A program made the translations under genes and the position numbers. DNA of 64,000 bases, from contig JAAILG010000871.1 of the NCBI GenBank assembly GCA_012026655.1, positions 1 to 64,000 on the forward strand. Direction: 5' to 3'. The stretch is from Hydrolagus affinis. Taxonomy: Eukaryota. Shown piece after piece: positions 1 to 12,000 of this stretch. Under the pieces are notes generated by a model. That model saw nothing but the letters and a program-made list of their open reading frames with translations, was not told the origin of the DNA and ran no database searches. The number at the start of each line of letters is the position of its first letter. The first letter of the stretch is position 1.

Positions 1-185
1 CTGTTATGGGGGGGAGGGGGAGGGGGGTATGAGGAGGGCTGTTATGGGGGGTATGAGGAGGGCTGTTATGGGGGGGAGGGGGAGGGGGGTATGAGGAGGG
101 CTGTTATGGGGGGTATGAGGAGGGCTGTTATGGGGGGGAGGGGGAGGGGGGTATGAGGAGGGCTGTTATGGAGGGAGGGGTGGAT
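1..185. repeat. G-rich minisatellite in SEC22B intron 1
   Basis: Tandem copies of GGGGGGTATGAGGAGGGCTGTTATGGGG, some with a GAGGGGGAGG insert. Confidence 0.9.
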
Positions 186-204
186 GTGATGGGGGAGGGG
201 CTGC

Positions 205-630
205 TATCGGTTCCCGCGGCGGTTACCGAGTGTCACCTGCTCATCCTCCTGCATGGAGGCCGCGAGCGGCAGCCCGTCCGCCACCCGCGCGATCATCGTC
301 AGGAGAACCATGGCGCCGGCCGACTGTCAGTCCGGTGCCGGTCTCCGCCGTCGCCTCTCACGGGCTGGGATGAGCTGGCCGGAAGTTGCCGGTGGGAATG
401 GCGTCCCCGCCGCCCCGCACCAACATGGCGGCCGCGCTGTGCTGCGCTGTGTCACCACCGCCCCGCATTAACATGGTGGCCTCCCTGTTGTGAGATATTG
501 TTTCCCCCGCATAACCATGGCACCTACTGCGCAGCCGGACCGAGCCCACACTGGTACGCGCGCTAAACCGTCCGACGGGCGGAGGTGGGAGCCGGACTTT
601 GTTTCCGGGTGCGCTGACGTGGCGGTGGAG
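205..630. promoter_or_regulatory. CpG-island promoter of SEC22B, possibly shared with SEC16B
   Basis: High CpG density; ETS/GABP CCGGAAGT 379-386; YY1-type CAACATGGCGGC 421-432; ETS-like TTTCCGGGT 602-610; UPRE/CREB3-type TGACGTGG 615-622. Confidence 0.75.
237..311 (-). CDS. SEC22B: SEC22B (ER-Golgi longin R-SNARE) coding exon 1; gene continues left of the window
   Basis: Reverse strand reads GGCGCC-ATG-G, translates to [25 protein letters not shown] (recognised vertebrate SEC22B N-terminus), then donor CAG|GTGACA. Confidence 0.96.
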
Positions 631-1865
631 CCAGAGAGTGATTGTGACATCCTTGTCAGATGCTGTGATTCTCAGTCACAAGAGTGAAGTGACTCCCTGA
701 GGGTGAAGTGACTGAGCCTGACTGTGTGTCACTGTCACTGAGCCTCACTCAGCATCTCTCTAACACTCAGCTTCATTTTCCAGCTTTATCAAGTTCATTT
801 GGAAATTAAGAAAATTCACACGGTTCATTAAAAAAATGCAGCCACAAATATTGTTAGTGGACGGACGAGTCTTAATAATAATTGTAATGATAATTGTTGC
901 GTTTGATACAGTCCATTGTCATTACCATTGAGACTGTCTCAAAGCGCTTCACCGCAAATACTGAAAGGTGCAGTGACTGTATTTTGTGGGCGAAGTATTC
1001 TTTTCCATTCATTGTTTCCCTTTCTGTTTTCTGTGCCTGTCTATTGTTTATAACATGTTCCGTCAAGTTTTGTGTATTTTCACCAACAGCATTAGCCGGA
1101 GTTAAGTGCGGTTGGTAATTACAGGTTGTGCTCGGCGAAACTCGGAAAGTGCAGAAGTTCGGCAGAACTGGTGCATTTATAATATATTGAGCAGCCCTGT
1201 AAATACTTTTTAAAAATGTATGTGACGTTTTTGATGTGGATAACATAGCATCGATTGCAACAATTTGGCGGCGAAACTGACTATAGTGTACACGGAGAGG
1301 AAGGTGTACTGTTTCCCTATTAAGTCAGCTAAATAATTATTTTGATTGGACCATAGGAAAGGCACCAATTCCATTACATCAAGTAATTGGGTACCCTCAT
1401 CGGGGGAGGGAGGGAGGGGCTCAAAGACCAGAAAAGAACGAACACCATGTGCTCTGACAACAACAAAAGCTACATACTCTGACTATTGATGAGTAGCAGT
1501 CAAAGGTTGCTTCTTCATACATTTTACATTAACCTCATTACAAGAATTGAACCCAGGTCTATAGTTTGCAGGGCGAGTGCTCTAACCACTGAGCTACAGG
1601 ATTCCACAAAGCAGTCAATTTGCGGATCACTTTCCATGGGTAATAATCCCTCACCCCCAAAAATATAGTTACTCAATCAATGACTATTTGTCGGACGTTG
1701 CTGTGGGCAATTGGCCGCCACGTTTTGCCCACAATCAATTTTGTGCTGATTCGGTTGAAAAGAAATTGTAGAGAAAGAGGAACAAGGTTTGGCAGAGCAT
1801 TATATTTTCCAGGATAGCAATGCGCTGTTAACAGCCGGATGATCCCTTAAGAACTCAGGTTGCTT

Positions 1866-2434
1866 TGCACTTTGTCCCCAGTAGCTGGGGAACAGATGGG
1901 CCTGGTGTGCTGGGCTGGTTGTGGCTGCCTCCCGGTGGTGATGTGGCAACTGCACTTTAGCGAAGTGTGGAGTGGGGAGAGCGCACAGCTCCAGCTCCAG
2001 ATCTCCAGATGGTTCCTGAGATTCACATCAGTGGGGTGGAGTGGTGGTGCGGGGTTGGTGGAGAGTTGTGGAGAGAAGGAGGAGTCATGCCTCTCTTAAG
2101 CTGACTGTAGACACTATAAGTGATAGGGTTGATCTACTGATCAACCCTATCACAGTAACCTCCACACAGAGGGCAAAGCTCAGCCTCGCTCTGTGCACAC
2201 ACCAGGATTCACAAACACAGACCAGGCTGACCCAGGAGAGCTGGAGAGCACATACCGTACGTTTAAACACACATGTGACAGTAGATCCAGGAGGCACTTT
2301 TGCCTGACAAGAAAGTGCTTGTGTCAAACGTAAGGATTATTTGCAATGGTTCACACCTTTGGAAATGTGACTGTAATTAGCACGATTGTCAGTTTCGTTC
2401 TGACTGACAGTGGACTGGCTGGTGGCAAAGGTTA
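1866..2434 (+). promoter_or_regulatory. Candidate tissue-specific SEC16B promoter and non-coding first exon
   Basis: Three DR1/HNF4-like sites (1866-1878 minus, 2170-2182, 2422-2434), GATA-containing palindrome 2120-2153, donor-like AAC|GTAAGG at 2329/2330. Confidence 0.35.
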
Positions 2435-2654
2435 AGGTTAGTGCGCGGGGATTTATTGGTGAGACAGTGTAAAGGGAATTGCATTCCCACAGTCCCACCA
2501 ACGCACCCCTGACTCATTTCACTCAAAGTCCACCTCGAGACCTACCTCTCTGACCACACTCTCGACTGTCTTTCCCCCTCCCCAACCCTCAGCTCCTAAC
2601 TGCTTTGTAACATCCTCTCAATGTGAAGGGTTTTGTATAATTTACAATAATTTG

Positions 2655-2890
2655 TGAACTCGTGTTCAAATCCCTTCACTGTCTAGCACCTCCCCGACCT
2701 CCTCATTCCTCAATCCACCACCTGCCGCCTCCACTCGACTGGCCCGGGCGTCCTGCTCGTCCCTCACACCCTCAGCTCTACCATCGAAGATCGCGCTTTC
2801 AGCCACTACACCCCAAAATGCTGGAACATTCTCCCACAATCCCTCCGCCTTGCTCAGCTCTCCCACCTGAAAACCTTCCTGTTTGACCGT
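2655..2890 (+). mobile_element. L2-clade LINE fragment
   Basis: FKSLHCLAPP...CGCGCTTTCAGCCAC...CTGGAAC, same family as 56376-56760. Confidence 0.68.
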
Positions 2891-3517
2891 ACTTACATAC
2901 CTATTCTGTTCAGGTTCACATTGATGAGAAGCCGAGCAGGAAAGGATTTGGGATAATAGCAGTAAGTGGGAAAGGCCTGATCCATTGGAATGTTCTACAA
3001 ATTGACTAAATTCTGTGCCACAAACAGTCGTGGATTGAGTTCAGTCATTGGGATTCTATACAATGGGAGTGGATGGGAGGTGGGTTGAGGGTGGATGGGA
3101 ATGTACTATCCTCCTTGGGCATATGCTGGGAGGGAGGTAAATGGGGTCTCCTTGAAGCTGAACTGGCCGCATGTCAAAACTGCACCAGCCCTCTGTGATG
3201 GTCTCTGGTACAGTTCCTGAGCCAGACTGCTCTAAAGTATCCTAGGGCACAGCCAGCCTGGCTCATCGGCAAGACTTGGAGGGACAGACCAGTCACTTGT
3301 AGCAGGGAATTCTCCTGCTTAGCTTCCGTTAACCCTGCCTGCCAAAGCTCTAACAGGTAGTGTGATCCTAGCTGGACAAGCAGCGGGAAATAGTGTGATG
3401 GGAGAGGGGTTGGAGTGGATGGTAGGGGTTGGAGTGGATGGGAATGTATATTTGACAGACTTTGTGTTCCTGCCAGAGTGGCCGGGAACTGGACAGGGAT
3501 CCTGAACAACATTTCAA

Positions 3518-3750
3518 ATGAGCTCCAGGATGGGATACCAGGCTGGTCCTGAGTGCAGAGCGAGCTACCCTACGGGGGCTGCTGAGGCTGGCTATAGTTA
3601 TGATGGACGTCTGCCCAGTGGGTTACAGTACAGGCCTGATGGACAATACAGTCCCATGTCCAGGACAGGCCTCCCCAAACCCAGCCCCCTACCACCGCAG
3701 CCTAGCTCAGCCGCTCCCCCTCACAGACCTGTCCACAGCCCTCACTCAAG
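3518..3750 (+). CDS. SEC16B: SEC16B coding exon 1
   Basis: Acceptor near 3476, ATG 3518, MSSRMGYQ...HSPHSR, donor AAG|GTAAGC, phase 2. Confidence 0.75.
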
Positions 3751-6047
3751 GTAAGCCTAACTCACAGCCCTGGCTCTCGGTGGCGAGGGGGCAAGAGGTG
3801 GGACGGGATTTACTGTGGTAATTCACAACGTGGGATTTTAATGGGAGATCTGACCTTTACAGCTACCGTCTTCTTCCTTTAGAGCTACCTTCCTCTATCC
3901 TCACAGTATTGTAAAATTTTAGAGCAGATTATGAAAGTTCGCACTATTATGACTCCAGCTATGGACGTGGACACCAAGGAGAATACGGAAACTATGGACA
4001 TTATGGTGGTGATTACGGGAGCTATTACCGTGGGTACCAAAGACACCAGCACCCTTACCAGGGTGAGTTGCAACATCAACAACAAATTATATTTGTACAG
4101 CGCCTTTCATATTGGGAGGACGTCTCAAAACGTTGGATTTGCTTAGAGATACCTTGTGATACTGCAGGGAAACAGGCCTTTGAGTTCAACAGCATGCTAA
4201 TGTTTTTTGACACTCAATTGGGAAGCGATTTGACACAATGCGTGGAATACCATTAAATTAAAATAAACTATTTTTCTGTGGACATCTCAATGATAATGTG
4301 TGCTAATGGGTGGCAGCTTGGATCAGTTGGTTGCACTTTCACCTCTGGACAAGAAGGTTGAGGGTTTAAAACCCATGTCAAGGACTTTGAGCTCACAGTC
4401 TGGGCTGATACTCTAGCGCAGGGCTGGGGGGAGCTCTGCATTGTCAGAGGTGCCATCTTTCAGATGAGATATTAAACTGAGGCCCTGTTAGTGCCTGTTC
4501 AGGTGGATGTTAACAATCCTGTGGCCCTATTCTAAAAGAGAAGATAGTTTCTCTCTCCGTTTCCTGGCCAACAATCCCCCAAATAAAATTGGTCGCTCAC
4601 TCCCATGTGTGTTTATGGGATGTTTCTGTGAGCAAATTGTTCACCTACAAAATACATAGTCACTACACTTTACAGTATACCTGTAAAGCACTTTGGGAAA
4701 TCATAATGATGTGTGCTATATCAAATGTAAGGATTATTGCTGTTAATAAAAATTGTAATTAGATGTAATTATTCTGAATATATTTGCTGTGAATCTGTTG
4801 GTTATAATGTTTAGGGTCATTGTGAAGTCCTGGGGTGGAGTGTTTAGTGCGCTCACCTTATAAGCAACAGGACCTGAGTTCAATTCCCAGGTGAAATCTA
4901 AGGCAAGGTTTCCTACTCCACACGTCTCTGATAACCTAGCAGTAAGTAGGAGCCCGATTAGTAGTCATTTGGCGGATTGCTTTCCAGGAGTAATTCTTTT
5001 TAAAATTCTGTTTAAAAAACACAACTGTTTATGGGACACTGCTGTAAGCAATTGGCTGCTGAGTTTGGCCCACAAGTGTACAATTAATTCTCTTTACTAA
5101 TACTGTATATTCTGTGAAGCGCTTTGAGACATCTCAGCAACCTGATAAAATGCTATATTAAATGCAAGGATTATTATTATTATTATTGTAATGGGTGTTT
5201 GTCTCTGTAGGTGGTGACCATAGGAGTGAGTATGCGGGAGGCCAGCACTGGGAGCTGAGGGCAGAGCCCAGCAAGTTCTCTCATTACCCCCCTACCGGGT
5301 ACCACCCTCACTGGGCACACGATGCTCCGAGAGACGTCTGGCACAGGTAAATACAGCCTCCCTCACATTGAGCGCCTCACCATCCCCACCAGCAGCCTTT
5401 CTATAGACACAACATGGCAGACACCTAGGTCAGGGGAGAGGGAGGGAGGTGAGCAAACCTGTAGAGAGTGGGAGAGATAATGATATTGATATTGATAGTG
5501 AAGCGCTTTGAGACATCGATCAGATGTGAAAAGTGCTATATCAAATGCAAGGATTATTATTATGATAATCCTTGCATTTGATATAGCACCTTATCACATC
5601 TTCAAGATGTCTCAAAGCGCTTCACAGAATATATGATGCATTGTATTTTGTGGGCGAAACTCGGCATCCAATTGCTCACAGCAGTTTCCTACCAACAGTC
5701 ATGGATTGAATAATCAAGTTATCAGTCAATGAGGAGTCCTGTAGAGTGTAGGAGGAAGGGAAGACTCTAAATGGTGCACTCCGTGAGGACCATCTCCCTG
5801 AAGCAATGATGGGGATTTTCTCGTGTTATTTCTCATGTAAATTGGTGATTCCAAATATGGCAAAGCTTCAGCAATCTGACACATACTACAGGTGTTTTCT
5901 CTCTTTCTCTCTTGTTCTCTTTCTGTCTCTCACGGACTTATTCCCTCTTTCTCTTTCTGTCTCTCACTCCCTGTCTGTCTGTCACTCACTCTCTGTGTCT
6001 CACTCTATTTGTTGTATCGCTCTGTCTGTCTCTCGCCCTATTTGTTG

Positions 6048-6084
<37 letters not shown>

Positions 6085-9000
6085 GAGTATGTCTGCCTCT
6101 GTCTCTCTCCACACACCGTAATCACTGTCTCCCTGAGCCCAGTGGGACCCATGAAGCTGATTATGCCCGAGGTTACGGTGACTGGCTGCCTGACCAAGTA
6201 GATCGCTATGACAACCACCGGCCTGACTATGCCGATCGCCAAGACAAACACCGTGAAGATGCCTGTGGCGAGGTATTGGCGCCGTTAACCCCTCAATCAC
6301 CGAACCATTTCCTGATTCACCTTCCAATCACAAGATGGGTTTGAGTGAAGAAGACCCTTTGGCCAATTGGATCTCTTCCTTCCACAGCACCCACCCCAAC
6401 CATCATCCCAGCTGTTTTAGATATAAGTCTCTTTCCCTCTGTGGGGCTGCGGGTTTGTAGTGGACACTAAGTGGAAATCAACTGCAATGATAGAGACCTT
6501 TTTTATTCTGTCTCCCCTTGAGTTTGGAAGGTTGAGTGGTGATCTGATTGAAGTGTTTAAAAATAATAAAGGGATTCGATAGAGTAGATGGAGAGAAACT
6601 ATTTCCTCTGGTGGGTCAATCCAGCACAACAGGGTATCATCTTTAAAATTAGAGCTAGGCCATTTAGGTGAAATCAGGTAGTGGAAACAGTGTAGGAAAT
6701 CTAGAACTCTCTCCCCACCCACCCGACCAAAAGACTGTGGATGCTGGGTCTGTTTCAATGTTCCAGACTGTGGTGGATAGATGTTTGTTAGATAAGCATA
6801 TCGAGGGATATGGGCAATGGTCAGGAAATGGAGTTGAGGTGCAGATCAGTGGGCCAACCTTTTAGCTGCTGAGAATTGGATGCCTATTTGAGAAATGTTC
6901 GCAGGCCTCAAAAAGCAAAATGTTTGTGTTCCCCTTCCAGAAACATAACATAACATAAAATTTATAGTTTATAGAGGGAGGACGTGATCCAGATGAAATG
7001 GAAGGAGGGTAGTTGAAATCGGTCTGCAGGCCGCCAGTTGGACCAACCGTGTAGTAGAATGGCGGAGCAGGCTTGAGGCCTCCTCCTATTCCTATGGAAT
7101 GGGGACTGATGCTGTTTCCCTTTCAGACGGCGAGGCCTGGCCTGGGGGTCAGGAGCCTGACACAGATGCAGGAATCGGGGCTGACCTCCAGTAGTTATGA
7201 GCTGAGCCAGTACATGCAGGGCTGCGCTGGGTACGAAAGCCCAACTGAGCCCGAGAACTGGAGCTCAGCCTCAGCAGGTAATACACGCTCCTTTACAGAT
7301 CCACTGAACTCAAAGGGGACTCGGACGGGCTCTCTGCTGGTTCAGGGCTAGTTTAAAGGAAATCTGTTTGGAGGAAGGTCCTTTTAATAATAATCCTTGA
7401 TATAGCGCCTTATCGAGTCTTTGAGATATCTCAAAGCGCTTCACGGAATAAAGGGAATTGCCGTTGAATTAGTGACCTTATCATTATTATTTATTTTGGA
7501 GGGATTGTTACCCGTTACCCAGGAAAGGGATCCCTAATGACCTGATTCCTAGTTACTGCAAGGTAAACAAGGCATGTGGAGTAAGGAAACCTGCTCAAGG
7601 TTTTGCCCACCTAGGAATCAAACTCAGGACCTCTCGCTTGCAAAGCAAGCCCTCTAAGCATTAAGCTACAGGACTCCAATTTTTAATACAGTTATTACAT
7701 GCCTCATTATAGCGTTGATTTGATTATAACACTGGAGCCATGCGGTCCTCCTCCACTCCATGTGCACTCTCACATTAACATGACCGACTTCCGGCTCATC
7801 AGATCCCACCAACATCACTTCCTGCGCGTAGGGATGTTAGCGGAGGCCTGGTGACCTGGAAGTTGGCTTTTTTTTCATCAACCTATTGGTAATACTTCTT
7901 CCATTCTATCAAACAGCCAGCAAACAGCCCCAAAGTGCTTCACAGGGATTTACTGTTAAACTGTGGTGACTGGGTTGTTTGTAGGCAAAAAGATGTTGGT
8001 GTAGACAGATGTGTGTCAGTGCTGGGTGTTAGTGTATACAGAGATGCATGTTAGCTGGGTGTTGGTGTGTCTCTTTGACTGACTGACTGACTGACTGACT
8101 GGTTCCCTGTGTGCAGTGATCTCCGCTTCCCGAAGGCCAGTCACTCCCCTGAAGTACAATGTTCCCCATGTCAGGATGTCGTTCAGCCCGGGAGGTCTCA
8201 TGGTGCGAGTCAGCCCCACTATGCCCTCCCATGGGGAGCCAGCCCTGGTGGAGCTGCACAGCCTGGAGGTGAGTGAGTGTCGGTCTCTCCATAATCCAGC
8301 CACAGGCCCCCAGCATCCCTCCCTAACCCAGCCACACTCCCTCAATCCATCCCAGCTTCACCCCAGTTTCTCCTGTTACCAACCAGCTAAAGCTACATAG
8401 CTCACCATTGATATCGCATCTGGCAAGCATTCCCGCTGCTTGTCCAGCTAGATCCACCCTATCTGTTAGGCTTGCAGTGTTAACAGGGGCTGGGTGAGAT
8501 GACTCCCTGTCCCCAGTGCCCGGTCTGTCCTTCTAAGTTCATCTGATGAGCCAGGCTGGCTGTGTTGTCATCAGCAGTGCCCTGGATTACATTCCATTAC
8601 CTGGGCTTCAGGCTTGTACACAGCCACCAGACACTCTGACACTCACTATCATTCCCACAGGTTATTCTGCACAGCACACAGGAGCAGGAGGAGATGAGAG
8701 CTTTTCCTGGCCCTCTCATGAGGTAATAGCTGCTCACGGTCACTGGCTGAACATCTAGATACTGGGAATACTGAGCAGGGCTATGTGGGGTGGGGGAGTG
8801 GGGGGTGGGGGCAGGTCATGGTGCGTACAATCGGTAGATGGCAGGGGTTGAACACAGTTTTGGGGGCCGGTGGGCAGGGGTTGGCATTACCTCAGGTACC
8901 TGTGTGTGTGACCAGCTCTGGGCAGAGTTGAGGGGCGTGGACAGACTTTGGCAGTGAGAGGCCGCATGACGGGGGCTTGCTCTCTAACAGGGCGCAGCTG

Positions 9001-12000
9001 CACAAGGTGGAGGTGATGACGTTTTGCCAGCGGAGAGCAGAGGAATGCAGGCAGAGCGCCAGCCTGATGGACCGCCAGTCTGCTGCCTGCCTCTGGGATC
9101 TACTGGCCTTTCTGTGCAGACACAACGGAGTGAGTGACTGTGGTGTCAGTGATGACAGTAAAACCCACACAAGTCGTACCTTTATTAATCATACAATTGC
9201 CTAAGTCGTACACCCTCGCATTTGACATGGCGGCTTATCACACTGTTGAGACATCTCAAAACGTCTGTATAAACAGTCCTGAATCAATGCAATTTGTTGT
9301 TGATGTGAACAAACCTGGTGGACCTGTGTGTTGAAGCTAATCTCCTCACAGTGTGTTGTAGGCAGCGAGCTAGCTGAGTTCTTGCTGCAGGATGGCAGGT
9401 CGAAATGGCAACCCCAGAGCGGGTGGGCATCCGTGGGCGAGGGCGAGAGGCTGGTAACCGTGCTGGGCGAGAATCCAGTGCCTTTGGGCTGCGGAATGCT
9501 GGACCTGCTGACCGGAGATATCCCGAGCCACTCAGCGTCCTCAGGGAGTGCGCTCCAGACCTTCACAAATCTCTTGCTCTTCGGGAGGAAGAAGGTAAGA
9601 GAGAGAAGGAGAGAAGGCAGAGGAGTCTGCCATGTTTGATTACAGCCAGGTGGTTGGTGAGGGGGAGCAGAGAAATCTACAGGGTGTCATGAAATGCTGT
9701 TACCCCCACCATGTTTTTCCTACAGTGCACTGACCAACACCTGAAACATGTGGAAGAATGGTGATCATTGTACAGTTTGTATTCAGTACAAGTTTTTAAC
9801 TGTATTTAGATGTCCAGAGGATTGGTGTGTGTTGTAGTGCTATTGTTTTCATTGGCGGCTGATAATCTGTCGCGATGTTCAGTTGCCACTGAGTCCAGTG
9901 CCTGCAGTCAGTGCCAAGGAAGTTATTGGTATCAGACATTCTTACACTCGACTCATTTGCGACAGAAAATAAAAATTTACTGTAAGAAAACAAACACACT
10001 GTGCCGGACACGCCTATGGCTTAAGCACAGTGTGAGGTGTGCCAGATGCCCAGCTGACCAAAAAGCAATTCCTAACAAACAATAATGATAATAATCCTTG
10101 CATTTGATAAAGCGACTTATCAGATCTGCAAGACATCTCAAAGCATCTCACAAGCTACACTGTAAAGTGGATCGACATTAAATTCCACTTCAGTTTGGAA
10201 GCTGGTTCTTTCTGTGGAACAGCGGAAAACTGGCCAACGAATTATACCCGTTTTCCACAATTCCTCAGCAGCTTCAATTTAAGACCCTGAACTCGGAAGC
10301 GAAGACAATGAGGAATTTGGTGTGTGAAGTGTCCATGCTCTGTAACCCTCAGGACAAGGTGGCGTGTGACGTGGAGCTTGCTTATCTCCCTTGCTACAGA
10401 TATCAAAGTTAATGTTAAACAGGGTGTTTGTATTTGGCTCATTTGGAACTCTCTCTGGCCTCCGAGGCAGGAGATTCTGTGTTTGAGGATCACTGCAGGA
10501 TTTTGAGCTCACGGCCCAGGCTGACACTCCATTGCAGCACTAGGGGTGTGTTGTATTTTTCGCATGATCACTACATTGAATTACACATGCACAAAGCGCC
10601 TTGGGATGTCCTCCCGATGTGAAAGGCGCTCTAGAAATGTCATTTTGTAGTTGTTGTACAGATTACTGATTGGATTTTATACAATTCAGACTTTGCTCAA
10701 GACATATTAAATGTTATGGTCCCGACTGATAGAACATATCTGAACTTTACTAGCTATTAACTATAGAGGTGCACACAACTAGTAGCAGACTATATAGTTG
10801 TGTCACTGTTAATATCAGTCTACATAGAGGTGTCACTGTTAATATCACTGAGCATATAACCTGGGGAGAAAGAGAAAGAGTGCGATGTGCTCAAATAATG
10901 ACCTTTCACTTCTGACATCAGGGAGTGAATCCATCCAGACAGCAGATTGCGAATGTCTGTCTACAATGGCATCAGTTTGACACTCCAGTATAGTGTTGGG
11001 GAGCACTGAATTGTCAGTTGCCGTCCTTCGGATGAGACGTTAAACCAAGATCCCGTCAATGCCTGTTCAGGTGGATATTAAAAATCCTGCACGCTAATTG
11101 AAAAGAGAAGTGAGTTTCTCTCTCTTTGTGCACTGGCCTACAATCCCCTAAATAAAATTGTTCACTCACTCAATGACTGTTTGTGGGACATTGCTGTACG
11201 CATCCACCCACAAAATACTCAGTCAGTGAACTTTACAGTTATACCATATGAAGCTATGAGATATCTTGCTGACATGAGAGTCTCTGTATAAATAAATGTA
11301 TGGATTATTATAATTGACATATTTCTGTGGTGTAGGAAGCCCTGGAATCTGCAATCAAGAGTGGTCTGTGGGGTCACGCTCTGTTTCTTGCCAGTAAAAT
11401 GGACAAGCGGGTGTACAGTAGCGTCATGTCCAGGTCAGTCACCACCTTAACCTATCTCGCATTCGCCGACTTATTCCACAACTTTCCTCCTCCCTCCCTG
11501 TGTGACCTGCTAATTCCATACCATCCTGCCCACTCCCTCCACTGAGTGGGCTCCAGCCTGCTCCGTGTCTGCCCCACCGACTGTCAGGCCTTCAGCCTTT
11601 TTGACTCCACTCTTTGGAACTTCATCTCACACACCATTCGCCTTGTCCCTTCCCTTGCCTCAGTCGAGGCCAATCTCGAGAGCTTCTTGCTATCGCAGCT
11701 TCAGTCACCCTCCTATACTATCCTATATTCCCCCCACAACTCCCACTCCATCCCAACCCCCAGCTCGGGTGCAAGGATGTCCAGTGCCTTGGGATGTCCC
11801 TCCGACTTGAAAGGCACTGTGAAAATGTAATTTTTTGTTGCTCTTATATTGGTTGTTCCGTCTCCTGAGTGCTCACTCTTGTATCAGTCTGATTTCCAGT
11901 TCTCTGCTCTCCCTGACCCTCTCATCCCCTTTCAGGTGTGCCTGTCTGATTTCCTTTTAAATGCCTAGAAAATTCACAAGTCACCCCATTTTACAGTGAA

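Noticed and set aside
153-687. Plus-strand ORFs over the CpG island
   Set aside because: GC-rich artefacts; the real coding exon is SEC22B on the minus strand
2524-2532. CAAAGTCCA HNF4-specific motif
   Set aside because: Lies in an L2-like repeat tail, so not counted as independent promoter evidence
5806-6327. ORFs with SLSLSL/ERERER runs
   Set aside because: Translations of the (CT)n microsatellite
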